The notes beneath the pieces are model-generated. The model was not told the DNA's origin, did not search any database, and was given only the letters and a program-made list of their open reading frames with translations. From Candidatus Latescibacterota bacterium (GTDB lineage Bacteria; Latescibacterota; UBA2968), in assembly GCA_965204745.1 (NCBI GenBank), contig OZ242010.1, forward strand, positions 1,024,001 through 1,088,000: DNA of 64,000 bases. The letters are read 5' to 3'. A program made the position numbers and the translations under genes. Each line of letters opens with the position of its first letter. Position 1 is the first letter of the stretch. This document shows, piece after piece, positions 49,478 to 59,200 of this stretch.

Positions 49478-50610
49478 CTCAACAGCTCCCGGAAATGCTG
49501 CTCACCCAAGGGAAAATGTTCAAGGCGCGCCTTCACATCATCGACATTCGGTTGCGTAATTGACGTGTGCTGTTCGCCTTGATGGAGCACAAAAATGCCG
49601 TCCAAATACTCGTCGAAAAGGTCAAGAAAATAAGGCGCGTGCGATGTAAAAACGAGTTGAGCGCGAACAGGAGGCTGGCTCGCCATCTCGAGTAGTGTTT
49701 TTAGAACATCGACATAGATGCCATTTTCAGGCTCTTCGATCATGAGCAAAGGACGCGAATCCGGTGTCGGTTGAATCAGCAAAATATACGCGAGGGCCAA
49801 AAAACGCAGGGTACCACTCGAGGCATTCCCCGCGGTCAAAGAATGTCCATCAGAATCTACAAAAAACATAGAATCGGGTTTGGGTTCGATCTCCCGGACG
49901 ACCTCTAGCAACGTGCGATATTTTCGCTCATCGCTGGTCTCCAACCGATACAGCACCGAGACGAGGTTGCTGCCATCTCTCTTCAGCAAAATTTCATCGG
50001 GCTTGAAGTCCGCACCTCTCATTGCCGTTGGCGAAAGGTCGTAACAGATCCAGTTGTTCAGATAGCGTTTGAAGCAATGGGCGCGTGCATGGTTTTTGAA
50101 ACCGTAGAGACATTGCACCAGCGTCGTTTCTCTGGGCACAGTTGTTTCAACATAACTCTCCGTTCCGGCCATAAATTTTTTTTCATCCAAAATTCGACTC
50201 TGGCCAGAGATATTTTCGAGCAAGATGGTTTTGTCAAATTTTCCACCCGTAACCGTCAACCGTTCAACCTCAACCCTGACATGGGCTTCGCCAACCGGGT
50301 TCTGCGGCGGCGAAATGGTCAGTTCATATTCAAAAACCAAATTTTCTCGTTCGCAAGGCACCTGTGCTCGGACGTAAAAATCAATGGTGGATTTATCAAA
50401 TGCGAAATTGGTCATCCCAAACAACCCGCCCGCAATCCATTCTGCACACGCATTGAGCGGGGAAAGGGAACTGCTCCCCACAAATTGCAACGCCTGGCAG
50501 AGATTGGTCTTGCCGGAATTGTTCCTGCCGAGCAGCAGATTGATTTCCTGCGGCTGAAATACAATGTTGATCAAAGACTTAAAATTATCGACTCGAAATT
50601 CCCGCAACAT
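49474..50610 (-). CDS. ABC-type (AAA_21/AbiEii-like) ATPase
   Basis: NFKS, GRNNSGKT, SSGTLRF, IEEPENG, TSHAP, C-terminal LGE. Confidence 0.85.
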   Translation of the reverse strand: MLREFRVDNFKSLINIVFQPQEINLLLGRNNSGKTNLCQALQFVGSSSLSPLNACAEWIAGGLFGMTNFAFDKSTIDFYVRAQVPCERENLVFEYELTISPPQNPVGEAHVRVEVERLTVTGGKFDKTILLENISGQSRILDEKKFMAGTESYVETTVPRETTLVQCLYGFKNHARAHCFKRYLNNWICYDLSPTAMRGADFKPDEILLKRDGSNLVSVLYRLETSDERKYRTLLEVVREIEPKPDSMFFVDSDGHSLTAGNASSGTLRFLALAYILLIQPTPDSRPLLMIEEPENGIYVDVLKTLLEMASQPPVRAQLVFTSHAPYFLDLFDEYLDGIFVLHQGEQHTSITQPNVDDVKARLEHFPLGEQHFRELLR

Positions 50611-50846
50611 CGCAAGCCTCCTCAATTCGCCGATGAACTGCTACGCTACGCTCAGAATGACAGGGCAATCGCCCTCCAAGATACCGCGAGACCTCGATAT
50701 ATGCAACCGCACAATGCACGGGTCGCGGCACAATCCCTTTCTTCTTGTGTTCAGAGACGAAATTTTGTTATCCTCTCTCACAAAGCCGAGAGGAGATCGC
50801 TGGGGGTCGGAGCGGTGGCCTTTTCTTTTTATGAAAGGAGTTTCCC

Positions 50847-51980
50847 TTGAAAATTACCGATGTTGAGACCATTCGCTTTGCGTACGTCGCCAATACCGAG
50901 CGCGACAGCGATGGGCATGGGCATCCGGGGCCGGAACGCGAAGCCGTTCAGACCTTGCTCAAAATTTCGACCGACGAGGATGTGTGCGGCTACTGGTTTG
51001 GCGCGCAGGCAGACGTGATCCACCGCGTGGTCAAGCCCGCATTGCTCGGCGAAGACCCGTTTATGCGCGAAAAGATCTGGCGCGACCTCAACCACCGCCA
51101 ACGCCTCAACTTGGGCACATTGTCAGACAAGGTGATCATGGCGGTTGACCTCGCGTTGTGGGACTTGGCCGGGCGTGCGGTCGGTCAGCCGGTTTACAAA
51201 TTGCTCGGCGGGTACCGGGACAAAGTGCCCGCGTACGCATCGACCATGTGCGGCGACGACCTCGAAGGCGGGTTGGGCACGCCCGAGGATTATGCGCGAT
51301 TCGCCGAATGGTGCATGAAGCGCGGCTATCCCGCGTTCAAACTCCACACATGGCAGCCGCCCTACAAAGGCGCGCCGAGTGTCGAGCGCGATCTCGAAGC
51401 CTGCGCTGCGGTGCGCGACGCGGTCGGCCCTGACGTGCCGCTCATGCTCGACCCGTATCACTATTACGATCGAGAAGCCGCGCTCGCCTTGGCCAAAGGG
51501 CTTGAAAAACTCGACTACTACTGGATGGAAGAACCGATGGACGAACACAGCATGTCGTCTTATGTGTGGCTGTGCGAGCAAACGCATCTGCCGATCTGCG
51601 GCCCGGAAACGTGCGAGGGCAAAATGTATGTGCGCGCCGAGTGGATCAAAGCCGGCGCGTGCGATATTTCTCGTTGCGGCGTGGGCGATGTGGGCGGGTT
51701 GACGCCCTTGATGAAAACCGTTCACCTGTGCGAATCCTTTGGCATGCGCTGCGAAATCCACGGCGGCGGACCCGGGAATTTGCACGCCTTGTGCGCCATG
51801 TCCAACGGCGAATTTTACGAGCGCGGCCTCCTCCATCCCTTCATCGACTTTGACAAACCCGCGCCGTGGCTGAATGAACACGGAGAGCCGATGGATGACA
51901 AGGGCTTTGTTCGCGTTCCCCAAAGGCCGGGGTTGGGCATGAATATCAACTGGGCGTATATCGAAAAAAACAAAGTGTGA
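50847..51980 (+). CDS. Mandelate racemase/muconate lactonizing family enzyme
   Basis: DLALWDLAG, FKLH, LMLD, WMEEP, EIHG; TTG start with AAGGAG RBS. Confidence 0.88.
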   Translation: MKITDVETIRFAYVANTERDSDGHGHPGPEREAVQTLLKISTDEDVCGYWFGAQADVIHRVVKPALLGEDPFMREKIWRDLNHRQRLNLGTLSDKVIMAVDLALWDLAGRAVGQPVYKLLGGYRDKVPAYASTMCGDDLEGGLGTPEDYARFAEWCMKRGYPAFKLHTWQPPYKGAPSVERDLEACAAVRDAVGPDVPLMLDPYHYYDREAALALAKGLEKLDYYWMEEPMDEHSMSSYVWLCEQTHLPICGPETCEGKMYVRAEWIKAGACDISRCGVGDVGGLTPLMKTVHLCESFGMRCEIHGGGPGNLHALCAMSNGEFYERGLLHPFIDFDKPAPWLNEHGEPMDDKGFVRVPQRPGLGMNINWAYIEKNKV

Positions 51981-52146
51981 GAGGCAGTCGGCAGCGGTCA
52001 GTGGCGCGGCGCGAGGGCATGTGGCATGGGGACCTATCTCCCGGCCCCTTTCCTACGAGGAAGGAAGAGGGAAGACGTAAGAGGGTCGCCCCGCCCGACA
52101 ACTCCAAAACTCGATGCACTTCGTTGGACTTGAACAGGAGCGTTTT

Positions 52147-52977
52147 ATGGCTTACGCATTTCAGCGCGGTAAAATGTATCGGATGCCCACGCACTTCGGC
52201 CCGTTGATGGGGCCACGACAGGGGCCGGATGGTCGGCGGTTTGAATGCGAGGACAATCCCAAAAACACCTCGATCTCGGTGTCGTTTCTCTCGAATGCGG
52301 CGCAACTCGAGGCCCTGTTGCCGGATTGTTTTGAACTCAACGGCAGGCCCATTGTCACGGTGTACGCCACTTATATGAAGGAGATCGAATGGTTGGCCGG
52401 GCGCGGTTACAATATTTTGGGGGTGACGTTTCCCGCGGTTTTTAAGGGGAAGGAGGATCAGGTGCGCGGGCCTTTTCTTTGTGTGTTGTGGGAAAATCTG
52501 TGTGACCCCATCATCACGGGCCGCGAGGAGTTGGGGTTCTCGAAAATCTATTGCGAACTGCCCGAACCCCGCATTACGCGCAACGAGGCGCAAGGCGTGG
52601 CCGGTTGGTTGGGGTTCAATTTTTTGGATATTTCAGTGGCGAATCTCGCGCCGCCATCCGGGAATCAGACCCCGGTAAAGGGGGCGAAAGTGGATGGCAC
52701 GCTGCACTACAAGTACATGCCCCGGACGGGCGAATGGGGCACGGCGGACATCGCGTATCCGGTGCTTACGCCGGCCGCGGGGGGATATCGGAAAGTGGAA
52801 GAACATTTGATCGGGGATGGGTGCGTCACCTGGAAGCGCGCACGATGGGAAGACTTGCCCACGATGTACAATATCGTCAACGCGCTCGCGGATTTGGAAG
52901 TGGTCGAGTATTTGGGCGGGTCGCTCACGCGCACGATAGGGGGCAAGGATTTGAGCGATCAGCGCATTCTGCGCTGA
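52147..52977 (+). CDS. Acetoacetate decarboxylase family protein
   Basis: WLAGRGYN, PIITGREELGFSK. Confidence 0.75.
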   Translation: MAYAFQRGKMYRMPTHFGPLMGPRQGPDGRRFECEDNPKNTSISVSFLSNAAQLEALLPDCFELNGRPIVTVYATYMKEIEWLAGRGYNILGVTFPAVFKGKEDQVRGPFLCVLWENLCDPIITGREELGFSKIYCELPEPRITRNEAQGVAGWLGFNFLDISVANLAPPSGNQTPVKGAKVDGTLHYKYMPRTGEWGTADIAYPVLTPAAGGYRKVEEHLIGDGCVTWKRARWEDLPTMYNIVNALADLEVVEYLGGSLTRTIGGKDLSDQRILR

Positions 52978-53009
52978 CCACGCCCGTGCGAGGAGGGGTC
53001 ATACTCGCG

Positions 53010-53837
53010 CTAATGCACCATGATCGATCCGCCGGACGCGCTGATGGCTTGGCCGGTGATGTAGTCGCCATCCGGGGAGGCTAAGAATGCCGCCACATTT
53101 GCCACGTCTTCGGGTTGCCCGATGCGGCCGAGGGGCGTGTTTTGCACGGATCGCGCGATCATCTGCGCGCTGTATTCCTCGGTGGATGTGCCTTCGGGTT
53201 TCAAGCCGCTGGCAATGCCGTGCAGGCGTTCGGTTTCGGTTAGGCCCGGGCAGATCGCGTTGACTTGTATCCCGTAAGAGCCCATTTCCTGCGCGAGGCT
53301 TTGCGTGAATCCCACGACTGCGAATTTGGACGCGCAATAGGCCGCGAATCGGGGGATGCCGCGCAAGCCCGCGGTTGAGGCGATGTTGATGATTTTGCCG
53401 CCGTTACCCCGTTTGATCAGATGCCGCACCACAGCGCGGGAACACAAAAACGTGCCTTTGACATTCACGCCTTGAACCCGATCAAAAACGTCTTCGTCCA
53501 ATTCGGCGACTGGCACGCGGTCAGGGCCGGCGGCCGCGCCTGCGTTGTTGACCAGAATATCGACTTTGCCAAAATGCCGGATCGCGTCTCGCACCATGTG
53601 ATCGACTTGAGCCGCACAGGTCACGTCGGCTTCTGCGATGAGAACGCGCTGACCCAGTGCGCGGATTTCCGCAGCAACCGCGGGCAACCCTGCCCAATCG
53701 CCTCGGGCATTGGTGGTCAAATCGCTGATGGCGATATCCGCGCCCTCGCGGGCAAAGCGCGTCGCTATTGCGCGACCGATGCCGCGTTCCCCGCCCGCGC
53801 CGGTGACGAGGGCGACTTTGTTTTTGAGATTGGACAT
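53010..53837 (-). CDS. SDR family oxidoreductase
   Basis: TGAGGERGIG, NNAG, YCASK, NAICPG. Confidence 0.92.
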   Translation of the reverse strand: MSNLKNKVALVTGAGGERGIGRAIATRFAREGADIAISDLTTNARGDWAGLPAVAAEIRALGQRVLIAEADVTCAAQVDHMVRDAIRHFGKVDILVNNAGAAAGPDRVPVAELDEDVFDRVQGVNVKGTFLCSRAVVRHLIKRGNGGKIINIASTAGLRGIPRFAAYCASKFAVVGFTQSLAQEMGSYGIQVNAICPGLTETERLHGIASGLKPEGTSTEEYSAQMIARSVQNTPLGRIGQPEDVANVAAFLASPDGDYITGQAISASGGSIMVH

Positions 53838-53914
53838 TCCGATCCCTTTCAAGTGAAACAATTTGGACTTTGGGACGCCTATTATATCGGGCGTAACTCG
53901 AAACGCAACAGCCG

Positions 53915-54781
53915 CTAGTCGCGGAGGACGGAGAGGAGAAATTGGCCGTAGCTGTTTTGCGACATGGTTTGCGCGAGTTGTTCGAGTTGCGCCGCGTCGA
54001 TGTAGCCCTTGCGATAGGCGATTTCCTCGAGGCACGCGATTTTGAGGCCCTGGCGTTCCTGGATGGCTTGGACAAAGCCCGTTGCTTGGTGGAGCGATTC
54101 AAAGGTGCCCGTGTCGAGCCAGCAATAGCCGCGACCGAGCAATTCGACTTTGAGCTGTCCGCGGTCAAGGTATTCGCGGTTCACGTCTGTGATTTCGTAC
54201 TCGCCGCGTGCCGATGGCGTGAGGTTCATCGCGATATCGACCACATGGCGGTCGTAGAAATACAGGCCGGGAACCGCGTATCTCGATTTGGGATGTTCGG
54301 GTTTTTCCTCGATGCCGACGACATTGCCCTCGTCGTCAAATTCGATGACGCCGTATCGCTGCGGGTCCGTGACAGCATAGCCAAAGATGAGGCCGCCCTC
54401 GGCGAGTTGGACCGCGCGTTGCAACACTTTGCCCAAGCCGTGCCCGTAAAAGATGTTGTCGCCAAAGATGAGGCACACCGGGTCCATGCCGATAAATTCG
54501 CGGCCGATGACAAAGGACTGGGCAATGCCTTCGGGACGGGGTTGTTCGGCGTAGGTGATGTTGAGGCCGACCCATGACCCGTCTTTGAGCAGGCGGCGGT
54601 ACAAGGGCAAGTCTTGCGGGGTTGAGATGAGCAGGATGTCGCGGATGCCGGCCAGCATGAGGACGGACAGGGGATAGTAGATCATGGGTTTGTCATAGAC
54701 GGGTTGGAGTTGCTTGCTGACCACGCGCGTGATGGGATAGAGGCGCGTGCCAGACCCGCCCGCGAGTAAGATGCCTTTCAT
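53915..54781 (-). CDS. rfbA: Glucose-1-phosphate thymidylyltransferase
   Basis: [32 protein letters not shown]; AAGGAG RBS. Confidence 0.96.
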   Translation of the reverse strand: MKGILLAGGSGTRLYPITRVVSKQLQPVYDKPMIYYPLSVLMLAGIRDILLISTPQDLPLYRRLLKDGSWVGLNITYAEQPRPEGIAQSFVIGREFIGMDPVCLIFGDNIFYGHGLGKVLQRAVQLAEGGLIFGYAVTDPQRYGVIEFDDEGNVVGIEEKPEHPKSRYAVPGLYFYDRHVVDIAMNLTPSARGEYEITDVNREYLDRGQLKVELLGRGYCWLDTGTFESLHQATGFVQAIQERQGLKIACLEEIAYRKGYIDAAQLEQLAQTMSQNSYGQFLLSVLRD

Positions 54782-54922
54782 GGATTTCTCCTTTGGACGA
54801 AGAGACGAATCAGCGAATCGCAGAGGCGGTGCCTCCGTGCCCGCCCATGGATGAACCGTTTGTTCTTGCGTTTCACAATATAACACCTGAATCGGGCTTT
54901 GGTTCGGATTTTGGAGGTGGCA

Positions 54923-55765
54923 ATGAGCGATAAAGGGTATGCGAATCCCGAGTTGTTGATTTCGCCGGAGGATCTGCATGCGTGCGATGCGGACATGTGC
55001 ATCGTGGATACGCGCCCGACCCATGCGTACGTTGCCGGGCATATTCCGGGGGCGATTCCTCTGGATCTGTACGGGATCAGTTTGAACGATACCCGAGCGC
55101 AGGCGTTTGAGGCGTTTATGTGGATGCTCGGTTATTTGTTCGGCAGCCGGGGGATTGGCACGGATAAGCCGGTGGTGTGGTGCGAAGAGGATTCCGGGAT
55201 GCGGGCCGCGCGTGGATTTTGGATCTGCGACTATCTGGGCCATCCGGACGTGCGCGTGCTCGACGGGGGATGCCGGGCATGGCGGGCTTTGGGATATGAC
55301 TGGACAACGGATTGCGCGGAGGTGGAACAGGCGGCGTTTGTCCCCGCTCCGGTGCCTGCACGTCACATGGGGGCAGATGCGCTCTATGGCCTTTTGGGAC
55401 GCGATGACGTGGTGCCGCTGGATACGCGGAGCAGCGATGAGTATTTCGGACGCAATGTGCGGGCCGCACGCGGGGGCGCGATTCCGGGCGCGGTGCATAT
55501 CGAATATGTGAACAATTTGGACGAGACGGGCGCGTTCAAGCCGGCAGATGAATTGCGCGCGATGTACGAGGCCGCGGGGATTTCGGCGGAGAAGGAAATC
55601 GTGCCTTACTGACAGGGCGGCTACCGCTCTTCCCACACGTACCTGGCATTGCGCTTGCTCGGTTACGAGAAGGTGCGAAATTATATCGGGTCGTGGAAAG
55701 AGTGGGGAGACCGGCTGGATTTGCCGGTCGAGATGCCGGAGGCAGTGGATAGTGGCAAGAGGTGA
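54923..55765 (+). CDS. Tandem-domain rhodanese/sulfurtransferase (SseA-like), probable selenoprotein (TGA 55610-55612)
   Basis: GHIPGA, LDGG, GGAIPGA; after the TGA the frame continues [29 protein letters not shown]. Confidence 0.85.
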
Positions 55766-55990
55766 GAGGCAAGAGGTGAGGGAGCGCATGGCTTTCTTAA
55801 AGGTTTGCATCCATGGCTGTTTTGATGGCTTTGGGCGAATGGATCACGCCATGAAAAACCAACCCCACCTCGCGCAATCCCCTCGCAAAACCGCTCACAG
55901 TTCCCCCTTGTATCTTCCTCGCAGGCACAGGCGTAGCCTACAACGAAGCGTAGCGAGTAACGGGGCTAGGGGGGTAGGTCCAAAATTTCC

Positions 55991-56020
55991 TTGACAAGAA
56001 ACGACGTGGTACCTTAGCTT
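55991..56020 (+). promoter_or_regulatory. Sigma70-like promoter of locus B
   Basis: TTGACA-18 bp-TAGCTT; homologous to 46354-46383. Confidence 0.55.
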
Positions 56021-56098
56021 GTCTCCACCCTCGTTATTTATTCCCCGCAGACAAAATCCATGCCTGCACAACTCATTCTATTTTTCAGGCGGGATCAC

Positions 56099-56206
56099 AT
56101 GTTGACTGCCATTTTTCGACGTTGTTCAAACCTGTTTGGAGGCCACCGTTCCCCTGCGAAAAGTGGGGTTCATGGCTCCCATTTTCGTCACAGTCTGTTA
56201 GGCTGA
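56099..56206 (+). CDS. Putative 35-aa leader peptide
   Basis: MLTAIFRRCSNLFGGHRSPAKSGVH..., homologous to the ORF starting at 46271 (-), which has an AGGAGG RBS. Confidence 0.35.
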   Translation: MLTAIFRRCSNLFGGHRSPAKSGVHGSHFRHSLLG

Positions 56207-56241
56207 TCAGTACAGTGTACTTCCCTCGAGAGGAGTCTGAT

Positions 56242-59200
56242 ATGACGCCCCGCTACACTCATTTGTTGGCCCTGGTCGCGCTGGGCATGCTGATGGCATC
56301 AGGGCCGGCTTTTGCCCAAACCGACTACGATACGGACAACGACAACCTGATTGACATCACCTCCTTGTTGCAACTCAACGCCATTCGCTATGACCTCAAC
56401 GGCGATGGTGCCGTAGCCAATACGGATACCATGAACTACAACGCCGCCTTTCCCAACGCCATGGCGAGCATGGGTTGCGCCGCTACCTGCACCGGCTACG
56501 AACTGATGAGCAACTTAGACTTCGACACGAACGGTGACGATACCATCACTGTCGCCGACGACTACCCCAACTGGGATCCCATCGTCGACCCCGGCAACGA
56601 CAACAGCGGCTACACCGCCATCTTTGAAGGCAACGGCCACACCATCTCCCGCCTGACCATTACCGACCGGAACAGCCGGGACGTAGGGCTGTTCGATGAG
56701 CTGGAGCCCACCGGCATTATCCGCAATGTAGGGATCATCGACGCCAATATCCGAAGCGGCGGCGCGCTCGACGGATACGCCCCCCTGGTAGGCTACAACG
56801 CACGCGGCACCATAATCGCCAGCTACGCCCGGGGCGGCTCGGTCACCGCCACCATGCAAAGCTCCAGCATCGGCGGACTGACCGGCCGCAATTCAGGCAG
56901 CATCATCGCCAGCTACTCCACCGTCACGGTCATCGGCGGCAACCATACCAGGGTCAACGCCGGCGGGCTGACCGGCACCCTGGAAACCTTTCTCAGCAAC
57001 ATCGGCCGGATCACCGCCAGCTATGCCACCGGCGCCGTGTCCGCCACCGGCAATAACGCCACCCGCGGCGGTTTGGTGGGAAATTCCCCCAGCAGTGCCA
57101 GCGTAATTGCCAGCAGCTATTGCACCTCCGGGAGCTGTATCGGCTCCAACGTCGGCGGCAGCCTTGACGCCACCACCCAAACCGCCACCGCTTTGCAAAC
57201 CCCCACCGCCTACACCGGCATCTACGCCAACTGGAACATCGACCTGAACGATGATCGCGTCCCCGACAACCCGTGGAACTTTGGCACTGCCAGCCAGCAC
57301 CCAACCCTGAACACGCCCAGCCAGCGGGTAGCTGACCACGACAGCGACAACGACGGCCTAATTGACGTGACTTCCCTGTTGCAGTTGAACGCCATCCGCT
57401 ACGACTTGAACGGCGATGGCTTGCCCACCGGCACCAACGCCGACACCATCGCCTATGCCAGTGCCTTTCCCGGCGGCGACATAACCGCCAGTAGCGGCCG
57501 GATGGGTTGCCCGTCCGCCGGCTGTAATGGCTACGAACTGCTCAACAACTTGGACTTTGACGAGAACAACGATGGCGCAATCACCTCAGCAGACGCCACC
57601 TACTGGAACAGCGGCGCAGGCTGGCTGCCCATCGGCACAAACGCCAACCGATACGCAGGCAATTTCAAGGGCAACGGCTATACCATCAACAACCTGTTCA
57701 TCAACCGCGGCTCCACCCACCTAAACGCGCTGTTCTCCGCAATCACCGGCCGCGTCGAAACCCTCGGCGTAACCAACGCCACTGTAACGGGGAATCAATA
57801 TACCGGCATTCTGGTAGCCGTCAATGCCGGCACAATCGTCGCCTGTTACACCAGCGGCGCGGTAAGCGGCAGTGCCGCTTTTAGCGGCGGACTGATCGCC
57901 TACCTGGATGGAACTCTCACCACAAGCTACTCCACTGCATCCGTCAGCGGCGCCAACCGAGTCGGCGGCCTGGTAGGTGCCATAAACAGCGGCTCTCTAG
58001 CAAACTCATACTCCACCGGCAACGTCAGTGCCACTTTTAGCGGCGTCGGTGGGCTATTAGGCCATCTTATCGCGGGCACCGTATCCAACAACTTCTGGGA
58101 CACCTCAACCAGCAACCAGGCCACCAGTGTCGGCGGTAGCGGTGTTGTTGGCAAGACGACTAGCGATCTCCAGAGCCCCACTACCTACGGTGCCACCACC
58201 AGCGACACCTACTACGGCTGGAACGCCAACCTCGACGGACAAGCCGGCAATGACGATCCGTGGACCTTTGGCACGGCGTATCAGTATCCCGTATTGAAAT
58301 ATGACGGCATGGACACCGCGGTACAGTTCGCTGCACAGCCCGTGCGTTATGACACGGATAGCGATGGCCTCATCGAGGTTTCGAGCTTGGCACAACTCAA
58401 TGCCATGCGCTGGGATCTCAATGGCGATGGTGCCATAGACGCAAGTGCCTCAACCAGCGATACGACCGCCTACAACACCGCATTCCCCCGCCGCGACTCG
58501 CGCTCTGGTAGCCGGATGGGTTGCCCTTCCGCCTGCACCGGCTACGAACTGCTCAACGACCTGGACTTTGACGAGAACAACGATGGCGCAATCACCTCAG
58601 CAGACGCCACCTACTGGAACAGCGGCAACGGCTGGCAACCAATCGGCACACAAAGCTCCGCATACGCCACCACTTTCAAGGGCAACGGCCACATTATCAA
58701 CAACCTGTTCATCAGCCGAGGCTCCATAAGCTACGTCGGGCTGTTCGGCAACAATGGCACCGGCGGCCGCATCGAAACGCTCGGCGTAACCAACGCCAAA
58801 GTCACGGGATCGCACGGTAGCGGCATCCTAGCCGGAGGCAACGAGGGCGGCACAGTCGTCGTCTGTTTCAGCACCGGATCCGTCTCCGGCAACCAATACA
58901 CCGGCGGATTAGTAGGCTACTCCACCACCGGCACCATCTCCACGAGCTACTCCACTGCATCCGTCAGCGGATCTTCAAGCGTCGGCGGGCTGGTGGGTTA
59001 TCACGCTGGCTCCGTAACAGACACCTATTCCATCGGCAGGGTCTCCGGTAGCGGAGCCAATGTAAGCGGGCTAGTAGGATCCAAACTTAACGCGGCCAGC
59101 ACCTCCCGAAGCTTTTGGGACACCCAAACCAGCAACCGGAGCAACAGCAACGGCGGCGGCACGGGCAAGACCACCAGCGAGCTCCAGAGCCAGACCACCT

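Noticed and set aside
55610-55612. Genome-wide TGA reassignment
   Set aside because: TGA terminates many genes at their expected ends (5750, 8873, 51980, 52977); only this one falls on a catalytic Cys.
53915-55810. 631-aa minus-strand ORF suggesting a long N-terminal fusion to RmlA
   Set aside because: RmlA starts at 54781 with its own RBS; the extension is the antisense shadow of the sulfurtransferase plus repeat DNA.
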